64,000 bases of DNA from the NCBI GenBank assembly GCA_965198235.1, contig OZ240248.1, positions 3,904,001 to 3,968,000 of the forward strand, read 5' to 3'. The translations under genes and the position numbers were made by a program. The stretch is from Candidatus Poribacteria bacterium. Its GTDB lineage: Bacteria; Poribacteria; WGA-4E; WGA-3G. The notes below the pieces were generated by a model, which did not search any database, was not told the DNA's origin, and was given only the letters and a program-made list of their open reading frames with translations. Below are positions 1 to 11,100 of this stretch, piece by piece (positions within the stretch are counted from its first letter, which is position 1; each line of letters starts with the position of its first letter).

Positions 1-486
1 GGGTAGGTATCCGTAAACGAGCCCTATTTGGACGGCGAGTGGGGTATTCAGCAGTTCTAATGGACTCCAATTCGGAAGAACTGCTCCCAAGAGGCTGTTC
101 AGGAGTCCTTCTGTCCGCAAAATCAGTATCCACGCGTAGGTTCGAATGAGGAAGTTCGTCCAAAACGGGACAACGACGAGCAGTAACAAAATATTTCTAT
201 GTTTCGGTTTGTAGCGCGCCAGATAATAGGCGAATGGATAACCGAGGAGTAGACAGATCGCAGTGCAGATCAAGGCTGTCGATACCGAACGCCAGAGGAT
301 ACCGAGATAGAGTCCATCGAACAGACGATGATAGTTTTCCAATGTGAAGTGCCACTGTACCCCGCCGTAGGTCCCACGTTCCAAAAAACTGTAGATAAAC
401 ACCGACACGAGCGGAAGCAGAAAGAAGCAGACAAGCCAAAAGACGACGGGGAAAAGGAGGATAAGGAGGTGGTAATTACGACGCAT
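1..486 (-). CDS. potB: Spermidine/putrescine ABC transporter permease (PotB-like), 3' end outside the window
   Basis: Not in the ORF track. Manual translation from ATG at 486 gives MRRNYHLLILLFPVVFWLVCFFLLPLVSVFIYSFLERGTYGG...TLENY...LLLGYPFAYY...VPFWTNFLIRTYAW...GLVYGYLP, open to the window edge. These are PotB motifs. Confidence 0.88.
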   Translation of the reverse strand, partial: MRRNYHLLILLFPVVFWLVCFFLLPLVSVFIYSFLERGTYGGVQWHFTLENYHRLFDGLYLGILWRSVSTALICTAICLLLGYPFAYYLARYKPKHRNILLLLVVVPFWTNFLIRTYAWILILRTEGLLNSLLGAVLPNWSPLELLNTPLAVQIGLVYGYLP

Positions 487-518
487 TTTCTTTTAGGGTT
501 TGGGTGTGATAGCGAAAT

Positions 519-1049
519 TTAGTCTTCCTGTCGTCTTTCATACAGATCGCGAATATACTCCTCACAGATAAATTCAACTTCCAATCCGTTTCTAATGAGT
601 TCCTCTCGAAACCCGTACCACTGGCTATCGGATGCTTGCAAAAGAGTTGTCTTCTGTTGATAAGCGTTTTCATACGCAAGTGCTACGGCAATAAATTTCC
701 GGTCATCTGGATCAAAATTACTGAGTGCTGGGTCGTCTGGAAACTCTTCAAAATCTGTTCCATTTCCACCCAACGGTGTGATTGACACCATTGTGCAAAT
801 CTCTGGATTCTTCAGATTCTGCAGCAACCTTTTTACAAAGACATCGCCAACTCCTTTTTTTCGGGCGTTTGGATTCACATTGTCCTCATACTCTCCCAAA
901 ATTCGCCATCTGTCGTCAATAACTACCTTTTCAGGTTGATCGAAAATTTGCTCAAGTCGATCTTGGCATCGGTCTCTACAATCCGCCCTTTTGTCATCCG
1001 TATCATTTGCAATGACGATAACGTTCGTATCCACGATAACAGCGTCCAT
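519..1049 (-). CDS. PIN-like domain protein, putative nuclease
   Basis: N-terminal VIVDTNV and later FDPDDRKFIAVA acidic motifs of the PIN fold; start overlaps the upstream ATPase stop (TAATG). Confidence 0.75.
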   Translation of the reverse strand: MDAVIVDTNVIVIANDTDDKRADCRDRCQDRLEQIFDQPEKVVIDDRWRILGEYEDNVNPNARKKGVGDVFVKRLLQNLKNPEICTMVSITPLGGNGTDFEEFPDDPALSNFDPDDRKFIAVALAYENAYQQKTTLLQASDSQWYGFREELIRNGLEVEFICEEYIRDLYERRQED

Positions 1050-2371
1050 TAACCCCCCACTCTCTTTTGACGTTCTCTTTGTGCTTTAGTCATGGCAAAC
1101 AAGTCGCCCATCTCGTCCCCAAAAAAGTTTGGTGGCCAATTCTTGATGTTCCCAAGTTCATCCATATCTAACTTTTCAATTGTGGAAACACCTTCATCGT
1201 TCCTACAAAAATAGAGAGCAGTTTTATCAACGTTAATCTTTTCCTCAGCGATTCGACGTTGTAACCGGTTTAATAGGTGCTCACTATGGCTCTCTATGAG
1301 GATCTGAAGTTTCCTTTCCATGACAATCTCTATAAGCAAATCTGCGACTTGAGATTGAACCTTCGGATGGAGGTGCATGCCGGGCTGTTCCAGAATGAGA
1401 GTAGAATCTTCTGGGGCATAATAGCAATGCACTAACACCGGCAAAAATTGCGCTAATCCGTACCCCATGTCTGCCAATGTTACTTTAGCACTGTTAGGAC
1501 CTTTTTGAATGAGAACATCAAAGTCTCGATCAACCTGTGCATTAGTTCGCTTGATTGAAAAGGAATAAGCAAGATCCGTTTCTTGAAGCCACGCTGATAT
1601 TCGCTCTTCAATAGGCACTCTTTTACCTTCATAAAGGGTTGTTTGTTGATCTACGCGCGCGTTAAGTAGTGCTGCAATCATATCTTCACCGGTTTGTCCT
1701 ACACTGTCAGGATCTGTCCCTTCCCAGTGATAGGAGCGTTTCGATTGGACACGGGTCGGACCGAGTGGATAAACGTGATTAAATAGATTCTCAAACTCAG
1801 TGGAAAGAGGAAGTAAAAAATCAACGTACCCGTTTTTTGGAGGACCATAACACTTGGCAACACTGACGGTGCCTCTTTGCCTATTTCCATGGTAAAGCTT
1901 TCCATTTTCCCATTTTATTTTCTCAACCTCCTTGGGGCCAACAGTGTAAGAAAAATGATTAATAGACACGCCACCGATATTTCCGCGAATGGCAGTGTCA
2001 AAAGTGAAACTATCAATATCCAACGGAGCAAATTCATAACGCTGCATATACTTATCAATTTCTTGAAGAGTGGTGATAGTTAATGGTTTTTGGAGTTGGC
2101 ACCCAAATTCTAACTCAAGCAATTCCTCGTCTTTGTGTTCGTGAATGACTTCACGAAAATTACCAAGATTGACAAGAGAATTTTCGTTTCCGAAGAAGAT
2201 AACTTCCGCTGAATCTGGACGTTCCGCCGTTTGCTTCAGCAGCAACAACATCTGCAACAGACTGCTCTTGCCAGAACTATTGGTCCCAAAAAACCCTGTC
2301 AACGGCGCAAGTTCCACCTTACCGCTGTCTTGCCATGCTTTGAAGTTTTGCACTCTGATATGCGTAATCAT
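1049..2371 (-). CDS. AAA_15/AAA_21 ABC-type ATPase with C-terminal DUF3696
   Basis: IRVQNFK start, Walker A GTNSSGKS, signature DMGYGLAQ, Walker B region LILEQPGMHLHP, H-loop IESHSEH, C-terminal NWPPNFFGD. Confidence 0.85.
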   Translation of the reverse strand: MITHIRVQNFKAWQDSGKVELAPLTGFFGTNSSGKSSLLQMLLLLKQTAERPDSAEVIFFGNENSLVNLGNFREVIHEHKDEELLELEFGCQLQKPLTITTLQEIDKYMQRYEFAPLDIDSFTFDTAIRGNIGGVSINHFSYTVGPKEVEKIKWENGKLYHGNRQRGTVSVAKCYGPPKNGYVDFLLPLSTEFENLFNHVYPLGPTRVQSKRSYHWEGTDPDSVGQTGEDMIAALLNARVDQQTTLYEGKRVPIEERISAWLQETDLAYSFSIKRTNAQVDRDFDVLIQKGPNSAKVTLADMGYGLAQFLPVLVHCYYAPEDSTLILEQPGMHLHPKVQSQVADLLIEIVMERKLQILIESHSEHLLNRLQRRIAEEKINVDKTALYFCRNDEGVSTIEKLDMDELGNIKNWPPNFFGDEMGDLFAMTKAQRERQKRVGG

Positions 2372-2394
2372 TTTCTTGCCTCCATGTTAACCCT

Positions 2395-2423
2395 ATTATA
2401 CGCATTTTCAAGCGAAAGCGCAA
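2395..2423 (-). promoter_or_regulatory. Sigma70-type promoter for the ATPase-PIN pair
   Basis: TTGCGC-17 nt-TATAAT on the minus strand, followed by a GGAGG RBS before the ATG at 2371. Confidence 0.6.
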
Positions 2424-2590
2424 CGAAAACCTGAATTGCAGAGTGACCCCAATCCTCAAATGTTAATCTCTTATTTGAGACTCTCACCCAATTTTTGTTT
2501 GATTGGAAACATAAAGTAGGATAAACTATTTTTGCGTCTGGTACTGATGTGCTTGCTACAGAAATACTTACAATTACCGATAGGGTGCAG

Positions 2591-2617
2591 TGGCGAGGTT
2601 AGGAAACCTCGCCAGCG
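2591..2617. repeat. REP-like palindrome
   Basis: TGGCGAGGTT-AGGA-AACCTCGCCA is a perfect 10-bp stem; near-identical copy at 56299-56322. Confidence 0.7.
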
Positions 2618-2643
2618 ATGAAGTGAACGCGTAAATCTCACTA

Positions 2644-2677
2644 TAGTTAGGTTTCATTATGTTCAATCCAACCTACG
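2644..2677. repeat. Degenerate REP-like element ending in CAACCTAC
   Basis: TAGTTAGGTTTCATTATGTTCAATCCAACCTACG, an imperfect inverted repeat; a shortened relative lies at 23193-23210. Confidence 0.45.
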
Positions 2678-2720
2678 AAAAATAAATTACAAAAAACCAC
2701 AACTTAAAAGGAGACGGACA

Positions 2721-2981
2721 TTGGAAAAGATTCGTGAACTGATTTCTCTGTTGGAATCCGGGGTTGAGGATTACGATGCTCAGTTAAAGGTCCTACAGAC
2801 AGAACGGCTGAAATATATTCGACTCTCAATGACAGATGGGTTTGGAAGTGAGGAAGGCGATTCTAAAGAGTCATGGCTGCTGCACCTCAAGCAGCTGGAG
2901 GACTCTCTCATGCTCCGACGAAACAGTATACGACAGGCGATTCGACAAACCGCAGAGGATATTCAGAAAGAAGAAAAATGA
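2721..2981 (+). CDS. Small helical/coiled-coil hypothetical protein
   Basis: 86 aa, AAGGAG RBS before a TTG start, amphipathic helical pattern. Confidence 0.65.
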   Translation: MEKIRELISLLESGVEDYDAQLKVLQTERLKYIRLSMTDGFGSEEGDSKESWLLHLKQLEDSLMLRRNSIRQAIRQTAEDIQKEEK

Positions 2982-3087
2982 AAAAATACAAACGAAAATG
3001 TAGCCTGAAACGTAGTGGAAGGCGGATCTACGGAGAGGCTATTTATTCATTCAACTTACCTGACCGAACCGCAAGGAAACATTAAAA

Positions 3088-6000
3088 ATGATATTTAGAT
3101 TCGCGTCTCTTGATACGAGAAAACGAGTGAAGTGTGTGCTGCTGCTAACGGGGTTCTTTGCTATCTGGGCAGTAAATGCCCAGGAAATGGACAGCCCCCA
3201 AATCATTGAAGAGGCGATCCGGCATCAGAATTTAGGGTTAGCATATCTCGAAGAATCACAGCCGTCAAAGGCGGTCGAGGCATTTACAGCACTTATTGAA
3301 CTACTCCCAAATGAAGCAATCGGTTACGGAAACCTCGCTGTCGCACACTTGCGCTTACAGCAGGCGGATGCCGCTGAGGAATGGGTCAAGCGCGGCATCG
3401 CTGTTGCGCCGATGGACAGCCAGTTGCACTTCATCCTGTCTGAGGTCTATCAACTACAAGGACAGAGCGAATTAGCCCTGGAGGCGATGAAGGAAGCCGT
3501 ACGGTTGGCACCCGATGAGTTAGAGTTCCGTTATAAACTGGTTCGTCACTATCTTGCACAACGCAAAAATCCAGAGGCACAGCAGGAAGCAGTTCGACAT
3601 CTGCAGGAGCTCCATACCCGCTCGCCGGTAAATGTTGTCGTGCTATTGAAATTGACACAAGGGCTTTTGGCGCAGGAGAAACTTGAAGATGCAGAAAGTC
3701 TTTGTCAGGAGTTGATGCTCCTTTTAGGTGATACTGACGCAGAAAAACTGAAATATCTAACACAAGGAATAGCCGCGTTACAACAGGGTGACCTAAAGAT
3801 CGCTACGCGAAACATCAGAATTTTTGAGAACGTGCATCGAGCAAGCCCGCGTTATCAGCAAGGTATTGGCGAATTGGTAACCGATATCCTTGGGCATCCG
3901 ATAGAGACGTTTAGTCCAGGATTCAAGGCTCGGATTACAGCCAAACAGAGCACACCAATTACAGTAGATTTTGTGGATGTTACCGAACGACTTGGGCTTG
4001 ATGAGATAAGCACGCCTGCAGAAGCATCTGCCGCTATATCTTTAATTGATTACGATGGCGATGGGAATCTGGATCTGTATATCGCATCAGCTGGTCGGCT
4101 TCTTCGGAACACAGGTGAAAATTTTATGCCTATCCAACAGTTTGAAAGCGATCTCAGTCAACACACTGTTGCGTTCGCGGATCTCAATAAAGATGGGACA
4201 CAAAACTTCCTATTGCCACCTCACGACGCGATAACATACCTACGAATGGATGCAGAGGGCAATTGGAAAACATCTTCACTCATTGAAAATGAACAGACAG
4301 CAGACGAAACAGAGGTCCTTTTCCCTATTGATTTTGACCACGATGGCGATTTGGATCTCTTTTCAGGTCGAGTCAATACCACAATGTTTCGAAATAACGG
4401 CAATGATAAAGGCAATGTAACGTTCACCGATGTTGGTGAGCAGACCTTTGTATTGACAGATACGGATGAGGGTTCTTCCGTCCAGCGCATACCTGCTGAA
4501 GCAGTGTCCGCCGATTTTGATGATGACGGGGATATAGACATCTTTGTGATACATAAAGGAATGGGATGCACGCTTTACGATAATCTCCGTCAAGGAAAAC
4601 TCCGGGCAGTTTCTAATGAAACAGGAATTCCTCAGGATGTACGTTATATCGCAGTTGTTGCCGGTGATTATGACAACGATGGCGATATTGACCTCTTCTT
4701 GGCTACATCAGATCGTATCCACCTCTATCGGAATAGAGGAGATGGGGATTTTGTTGACGCACCGAGTTCAGAGACGAGTGTCCTTGATTCGCCGCCTACT
4801 CTGTTGAGAAATATAGATTATGATAACGATGGGGCTGTTGATGTCTGGGTTGGTGGAGATAAGGGGATGTTCCTGTTTCGGAACGATGGGACTGGGACTT
4901 TTATGGAACCGTACCCCTTAATAGAATCGGTCACACCGATGGGCGATCCGATTCTCCAGAGCGCAATTGCTGGTGCAGTCGGCGATTATGACAACGATGG
5001 CGATCTGGACATCTTTTTCATCAATGCCGAAGGACAACTTCGTGCATTGCAAAACGACGGTGGGAATCAAAACAACTGGATACAGGTACGGTTGGAAGGT
5101 ATCACTGCTGGGAATAACAAAGTTAATAGAGACGGCATCGGCTCGAAACTGGAAGTGAAGGTCGGGGATCTGTATCAACTACAATATGTAACGGGACAGG
5201 TATCCCATTTCGGATTGGGGGCATTTGACACGGCGGATGTCGTTCGCGTCGTCTGGACAAACGGTGTTCCACAGAACGTTGTTAAACCACAAGTGAGACA
5301 GCGAATTTTGGAAAAACAGGTATTGAAAGGTTCTTGTCCATTTCTATATGTTTACGATGGTGAACACTATCAATTCGTCACAGATCTGCTCTGGCGTGCA
5401 CCGTTGGGACTCGTTACGTCGATGGGGTTCGTCGCGCCTGATGAAACAAAGGATTTCGTAAAGATATCGGGAACGCAAATGCAACCGAAGTCCGGCAAAT
5501 ATTCCATTCAGATTACGGAGGAATTGTGGGAAACCGCCTATTTTGATGAGGTTAAGCTGATAGCGGTCGATCACCCTGCTGATACCGATATTTTTGTGAA
5601 TGAACAGTATATACCTCCACCCTTTGCAGAATTCAAGGTTTATGGTGTCGCAGAAAAACGGTTCCCAAAATCTGCTGTCGATCATTATGGTGAAGATGTA
5701 TCCAATGCTTTAACGGCGTTCGATTACCGCTACGCTGTTGAACATGCTCCCGGTGCCTACCAAGGCGTTGTGGAACCGCATGCCATTGTCCTTGACCTTG
5801 GCAATGTGCCAAACGACAAACCACTGACGCTTTTCCTCGGTGGGTGGATCTTTCCGACGGATACCAGCATCAATGTCGCCCTATTCCAGAATCCAGCAAT
5901 TAATCCACGTTTCCCTTCGGTTGCTGTGGAGGACGAGACAGGTGAATGGAAAACCGTTATTGATATGATTGGACTTCCTGCGGGGAAAAACAAAACGATC

Positions 6001-6609
6001 ACCGTTGACCTGACGGGTAAATTTCTATCGGATGATCGGCGCGTTCGGATTGAGACGGATATGCAGATTTACTGGGACACGGCGTTTTTCACCGTCGGCA
6101 CACAGGCAGTCCCAATGGAAATGACAACATTGAACCCCGATAGCGCGGATTTACACTACCGAGGCTTTTCTGAGATGTACCGTCCGAACCCACATGCCCC
6201 GCACCTGTTTGATTACCAAAAGGTTACAAAGGCTGCACAGTGGCGAGACTTGGCGGGGTATTACACCCGTTACGGCGATGTCGCTCCGTTATTGCAGGAG
6301 GTTGACGACATGTACGTTATCCTCAATGCGGGGGACGAGATCACAGTGGAATTTGAAGCCTCACGCTTGCCACCATTAAAAGCAGGATGGGTGCGCGATT
6401 TTATCCTCTATAGCGATGGATGGGATAAGGACGGCGACATCAATACGCTCACATCGCAAACGGTTGAACCCCTACCGTTTCATGGGATGTCCAGCTATCC
6501 GTATCCAGATACTGAACACTATCCCAACGATGAAGCGTATCAACGGTATCGGCTTGAATATAATACGCGACGTGTCGAACACCGATTGCCACCGTTAGAC
6601 ACTTTTTAA
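3088..6609 (+). CDS. Secreted TPR + FG-GAP repeat (CRTAC1-like) + ASPIC/UnbV protein
   Basis: Signal peptide, N-terminal TPRs, repeated DYDNDGDLDIF motifs, UnbV-type NRDGIGSKLEV...HFGLG, then a C-terminal domain starting GSCPFLY. Confidence 0.85.
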   Translation: MIFRFASLDTRKRVKCVLLLTGFFAIWAVNAQEMDSPQIIEEAIRHQNLGLAYLEESQPSKAVEAFTALIELLPNEAIGYGNLAVAHLRLQQADAAEEWVKRGIAVAPMDSQLHFILSEVYQLQGQSELALEAMKEAVRLAPDELEFRYKLVRHYLAQRKNPEAQQEAVRHLQELHTRSPVNVVVLLKLTQGLLAQEKLEDAESLCQELMLLLGDTDAEKLKYLTQGIAALQQGDLKIATRNIRIFENVHRASPRYQQGIGELVTDILGHPIETFSPGFKARITAKQSTPITVDFVDVTERLGLDEISTPAEASAAISLIDYDGDGNLDLYIASAGRLLRNTGENFMPIQQFESDLSQHTVAFADLNKDGTQNFLLPPHDAITYLRMDAEGNWKTSSLIENEQTADETEVLFPIDFDHDGDLDLFSGRVNTTMFRNNGNDKGNVTFTDVGEQTFVLTDTDEGSSVQRIPAEAVSADFDDDGDIDIFVIHKGMGCTLYDNLRQGKLRAVSNETGIPQDVRYIAVVAGDYDNDGDIDLFLATSDRIHLYRNRGDGDFVDAPSSETSVLDSPPTLLRNIDYDNDGAVDVWVGGDKGMFLFRNDGTGTFMEPYPLIESVTPMGDPILQSAIAGAVGDYDNDGDLDIFFINAEGQLRALQNDGGNQNNWIQVRLEGITAGNNKVNRDGIGSKLEVKVGDLYQLQYVTGQVSHFGLGAFDTADVVRVVWTNGVPQNVVKPQVRQRILEKQVLKGSCPFLYVYDGEHYQFVTDLLWRAPLGLVTSMGFVAPDETKDFVKISGTQMQPKSGKYSIQITEELWETAYFDEVKLIAVDHPADTDIFVNEQYIPPPFAEFKVYGVAEKRFPKSAVDHYGEDVSNALTAFDYRYAVEHAPGAYQGVVEPHAIVLDLGNVPNDKPLTLFLGGWIFPTDTSINVALFQNPAINPRFPSVAVEDETGEWKTVIDMIGLPAGKNKTITVDLTGKFLSDDRRVRIETDMQIYWDTAFFTVGTQAVPMEMTTLNPDSADLHYRGFSEMYRPNPHAPHLFDYQKVTKAAQWRDLAGYYTRYGDVAPLLQEVDDMYVILNAGDEITVEFEASRLPPLKAGWVRDFILYSDGWDKDGDINTLTSQTVEPLPFHGMSSYPYPDTEHYPNDEAYQRYRLEYNTRRVEHRLPPLDTF

Positions 6610-6641
6610 ACGATTGAATAACGATGCCCAGATTCCTATAG

Positions 6642-7817
6642 TTAAAAAACTCGATCCTTAATTCGGCGTAAAGGGATGTACAAACAGAACATTGTAAGAA
6701 CTAAAATCCCAGCAAGCACTGCATAAGGATAAGCCTCTTTTGCGTAGAGCCAGCCACCCAGAAGGGGTCCTAGGATGCGTCCCAGGCTTAAGAAAGCATC
6801 CATAATACCGATAGCCGCGCCTTGGCCAATTCGGGTCTGTTTGGAAATCCACGATGCATTCGTTGGGCGGATGAGCTGATTGCCAACACCTGCAATGGTG
6901 AGATACACGGTGAGTGTTGCGAAGGAGTAAGCGTTGAGCAAAAGTGCCATGCCTATCGCGCTGAGTAGTAACCCGATGAGGATGATACGTCGTTCTCCCA
7001 AGCTGTTGATTAATCTTCCGAGCAAACCACCCTGTAGTGGCACCGCAATCGCACCCATAAACATGAACATCCATCCCATTTCTCTCTCTCCGTAGTTCCA
7101 ACGATCCTCAATGAACAGTGGGAACGTCATCTCCAATCCTGCAAAGCTGAAGGTTGAGAAAAATGCAACAAGGAAAAGGGGCGTGAGAGGTGATTTCAAA
7201 GTTGTCTGACGAAGGATCTCGCGTGGAGAGACCCACTCGTGCCGGTCTCCAACTGTTTCATCAGCGATGTCTTTCTGTAAAGATTCTGGGAGCAGGATGA
7301 GCGCGAAGAAGAAGTTTAGTATGGACAAGCCACCTGCAACAAAGAACGGCATATTGTGGCTACCCATGACACCACCGATCGCCGGTCCGAGGATGAAACC
7401 GAGTCCCATCGCAGCACCCATTAGCCCCATCCCTTTGCCGCGTTCTTCTGACGTGGTTATATCTGCAACATAAGCCATTACACTGGGTAGCACAGCTGCT
7501 GAAGCGATACCTGCTGCGCTGCGAGCGATGAGAAGCCAGACGTAATCTTTTGCCAATCCGAATCCGACTAAAGCGGCGGCATTCCCAAGCAATCCAAGTA
7601 AGATCGCAGGTTTTCTGCCGTGCTTGTCCGATAGCCTGCCCCAGATAGGTGCGAACAACAGTTGCATCCCGGAGTAGATAGACATTAATATCGCGATTTC
7701 AGTGGTGGTTGCTCCAGTGTCTTTAGCGTAATAAGCGAGATTCGGAATGATGATGCCAAACCCGAGCATCACGAAAAATAGGGTTAAGAACAGGAGAAGA
7801 AGTTTTGATTTTTCCAT
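6642..7817 (-). CDS. MFS transporter, TetA/DHA1-like
   Basis: Motif A GRLSDKHGRKP, motif C GLGFILGPAIGG, about 12 TM segments. Confidence 0.9.
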   Translation of the reverse strand: MEKSKLLLLFLTLFFVMLGFGIIIPNLAYYAKDTGATTTEIAILMSIYSGMQLLFAPIWGRLSDKHGRKPAILLGLLGNAAALVGFGLAKDYVWLLIARSAAGIASAAVLPSVMAYVADITTSEERGKGMGLMGAAMGLGFILGPAIGGVMGSHNMPFFVAGGLSILNFFFALILLPESLQKDIADETVGDRHEWVSPREILRQTTLKSPLTPLFLVAFFSTFSFAGLEMTFPLFIEDRWNYGEREMGWMFMFMGAIAVPLQGGLLGRLINSLGERRIILIGLLLSAIGMALLLNAYSFATLTVYLTIAGVGNQLIRPTNASWISKQTRIGQGAAIGIMDAFLSLGRILGPLLGGWLYAKEAYPYAVLAGILVLTMFCLYIPLRRIKDRVF

Positions 7818-8101
7818 CTAAGATGAACGCGAAAATCCGCGATGATAAGTCCATACCTTTTCCGCTCTAATGGGTCCCATGATATTGGTGAGATTTAGGA
7901 GCGATTCTATAATAATATAATACCGCTATTATAACAGGTTTGGGGAAAGTGCATCAACATAAAAAGGAGATTTACAGAGCCATTCACTTCTTTGATCAAA
8001 AAATTTAGTATGGAAATTTTAGTCCGTTTCTGGTATTATAAAGACGGTCTTATAGTTCTTAATACACGCAACAATTGAACTAATTAAACAGTGGAGGAAA
8101 G

Positions 8102-11100
8102 ATGGCAACCGAATTTGTTCATCTACACAATCATAGCGAATATAGTATGCTGGATGGCGCGTGCCGCATTGAGGATATGGTCAATTGGGCAGTCGAAAAT
8201 GGCGTGCCTGCTGTCGCGCTTACCGACCACGGCAACATGTTCGGGGCATGGGAATTATACAGTAAAGCGACAAAGGCAGGGGTCAACCCAATTGTCGGTT
8301 GTGAAGTGTATGTCGCACCCGGCAACCGAAAGACACGCGGAAAGGAACAGGGCGGTCCCTACCACCTCACGCTGCTTGCCGAGGATGCAACCGGTTACCA
8401 AAATCTCCTAAAATTAATATCGCTTGGGTATACAGAGGGTTTTTACAGCAGACCCCGCATCGACATGGAAATCCTGCGTGAATATCACGCTGGAATTATC
8501 GCATTGACGGGGTGCATCCAAGGACAGGTGCCACAACTTCTCTGCTCGAATCGGCGAGAAGAAGGTATCCAAAACTTCAAAACGCTGATGGAGATAATGG
8601 GGGAACGGAATCTATACGTTGAGGTCCAGAACCATCATATCGACAAAGAACTTGAGGCTTACCCAATAATGGTGCAGCTGGCGAAAGAGTTCAACCTCCC
8701 GATCGTCGGTACAAACGATTGCCACTACCTCCGCAAGTCAGATCATGGAATGCACGATGTTCTTCTCTGTATCCAGATGAAGAAGACTGTCAACGATCAG
8801 AACCGACTGCGGTTTGATAACCATTTCTATTTTAAAAGTGTTGATGAAATGCGGGAGGCACTCAAGGATTATCCGCCCGAAGCTATTAGCAACACGCTCG
8901 AAATTGCGAATCGGTGCAACCTTGAACTCGATTATGGCGAGAGTGTGATGCCGAAGTATGAGGTGCCCGAGGGACACACAAATGACAGTTACCTCAAGGA
9001 GTTGTGCTACGGAAGTTTGCGGGAAAAATATGGCGGTGAACTCTCCGAACCGATTCAGCAAAGACTGGATTACGAACTCGATATTATTAGCAAAACCGAC
9101 TACTCCGGTTATTTCCTTATCGTGTGGGATTACGTTAAATACGCCCACAGACAGGGCTATCCTCTCTCTGCGCGTGGTTCTGCCGCGAGCAGCCTCGTGC
9201 TTTACGCCCTTGATGTGATTACTTTCAATCCGATGGATTACGACTGTCTTTTTGAACGATTTCTAAGTCTTGAACGGATCAGCCCCCCCGATATCGATAT
9301 TGACTTCGCTGACCGTGCTCGTGAGCATGTTATTGATTATCTCAGAAAAAAATACGGTGAAGATTCTGTTGGCAAAGTCGCTACTTTTGCCACATTAGGG
9401 GCAAAAGCCGCTATCAAAGATGTCGGGCGTGCACTTGAGGTGCCTCTTGATGATGTTGAAAAGTTGACAGAACTGATTCCATCCACCCCTGGTATAACGC
9501 TTGATGAAGTTTTGGAACAGATGCCGGAATTTCAGGCACTCGCTGAGCGTCCTGAAAATAAAGAGTTGATGGATCTCAGCAAATCGGTCGAAGGTATGAA
9601 ACGGCACGTCTCTTGTCACGCCTCCGCACTTGTCGTCTCAAACGGTCCGTTGACTAACTACGTCCCACTATTCAAGGATAAACACGACCAAGTTGCAACG
9701 CAGTTTGAAGGTAAAATCGTTGAAGATGTCGGTATCGTTAAATTCGATTCCCTTGGCTTACGGAGTCTTACTGAGACATACGACTGTCTACAGATGATTA
9801 AGGTGAACCACGGCAAAGAGATTAAGTTGGAAGAGATACCTTTTGATGATGAAAAAACCTATTCTCTGCTCAGCAAAGGGTTGATCAACGGCTTATTCCA
9901 ATTGGAAGCCTCTCCAGGTATGTATCGTGTTGTCACACAACTCAAACCGGATAACTTTGAGCAGTTCTCCGCTATTCCCGCTCTCTATCGCCCAGGTCCG
10001 TTGGAGAGCGGCATGATGCAACAGTTCATTGATCGGAAAAATAAACTCAAGCCTGTAGAACATATTCACGAGTCGCTTAAGGATGCTCTCAAAAATACCT
10101 ACGGTGTGTGTGTCTATCAAGAACAGGTGATGCAAATCGCTCGCGATATGGCAGGCTTTACCCTCGGTGAAGCAGACATACTTCGTTCCGCTATGGGAAA
10201 GAAGGACGAGGCACTGCTCAAAGCACAGCGTGATAAATTTATTGAAGGCGCGGCGGAAAACGGTATCATCAAGAAAGAGGCAGAAAGGATATTTGATCTG
10301 ATCGAACCATTTGCACGTTACGCCTTCAACAAGTCGCACACCGTTGCTTATTCGATGTTAGCGTACCGCATGGCGTATCTGAAAACGCACTATCCACACG
10401 AATTCATGGCAGCAATGATGACCGGAGAAGCAGGTGATTCATCGAAGATTACCCGATACCGCGCCGAATGTAAGAAGCTTACTGAATTTCTGGAAGTGGA
10501 AATCAATCTTTTACCACCGGATGTCAACAGCAGTAGGAGAGAATTCACGGTAGATGGCAACGATATCTGCTTCGGACTTGTTGCAGTCAAAGGTGTTGGC
10601 GATAACGCGATAGATGCAATCGTGGAAGCACGAGAACAAAGCGGTTCATTCACATCGTTACAAGATTTCTGTGAACGCGTAGATACGAAACAGGTTAATA
10701 AACGTGCTGTTGAAAGTTTAATTATGAGCGGCGCGTTTGATTCACTTGAAGGACACCGCGCGCAACATGTCGCCAACTTAGATAATATCATGAGAGTGGC
10801 ACAAAACGCGCAGGCAGAACGTGACCGTGGACAGATGAGTCTCTTTGGCGACGGAGAGGAAATGCCAACAGCGCCTGTAACGCTTACCGATGCTCCGGAA
10901 TATGATCCATTAGAACGGCTTATGCGGGAAAAGGAACAACTCGGTTTCTATGTTTCCGGACACCCGCTTGAAGAATATAGTGACATCATCGAAAACTACA
11001 CGAGCGCAAGTACCCAAACCCTCGTTGAACACCGTATTGACTCCGAGGTTGATGTGGCGGGATTGATAACGGACGTTAAAAATATCACCACCAGGAAAGG

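Noticed and set aside
1-486. Apparently ORF-free start of the window as a possible ncRNA
   Set aside because: It is the minus-strand potB coding sequence running off the window edge.
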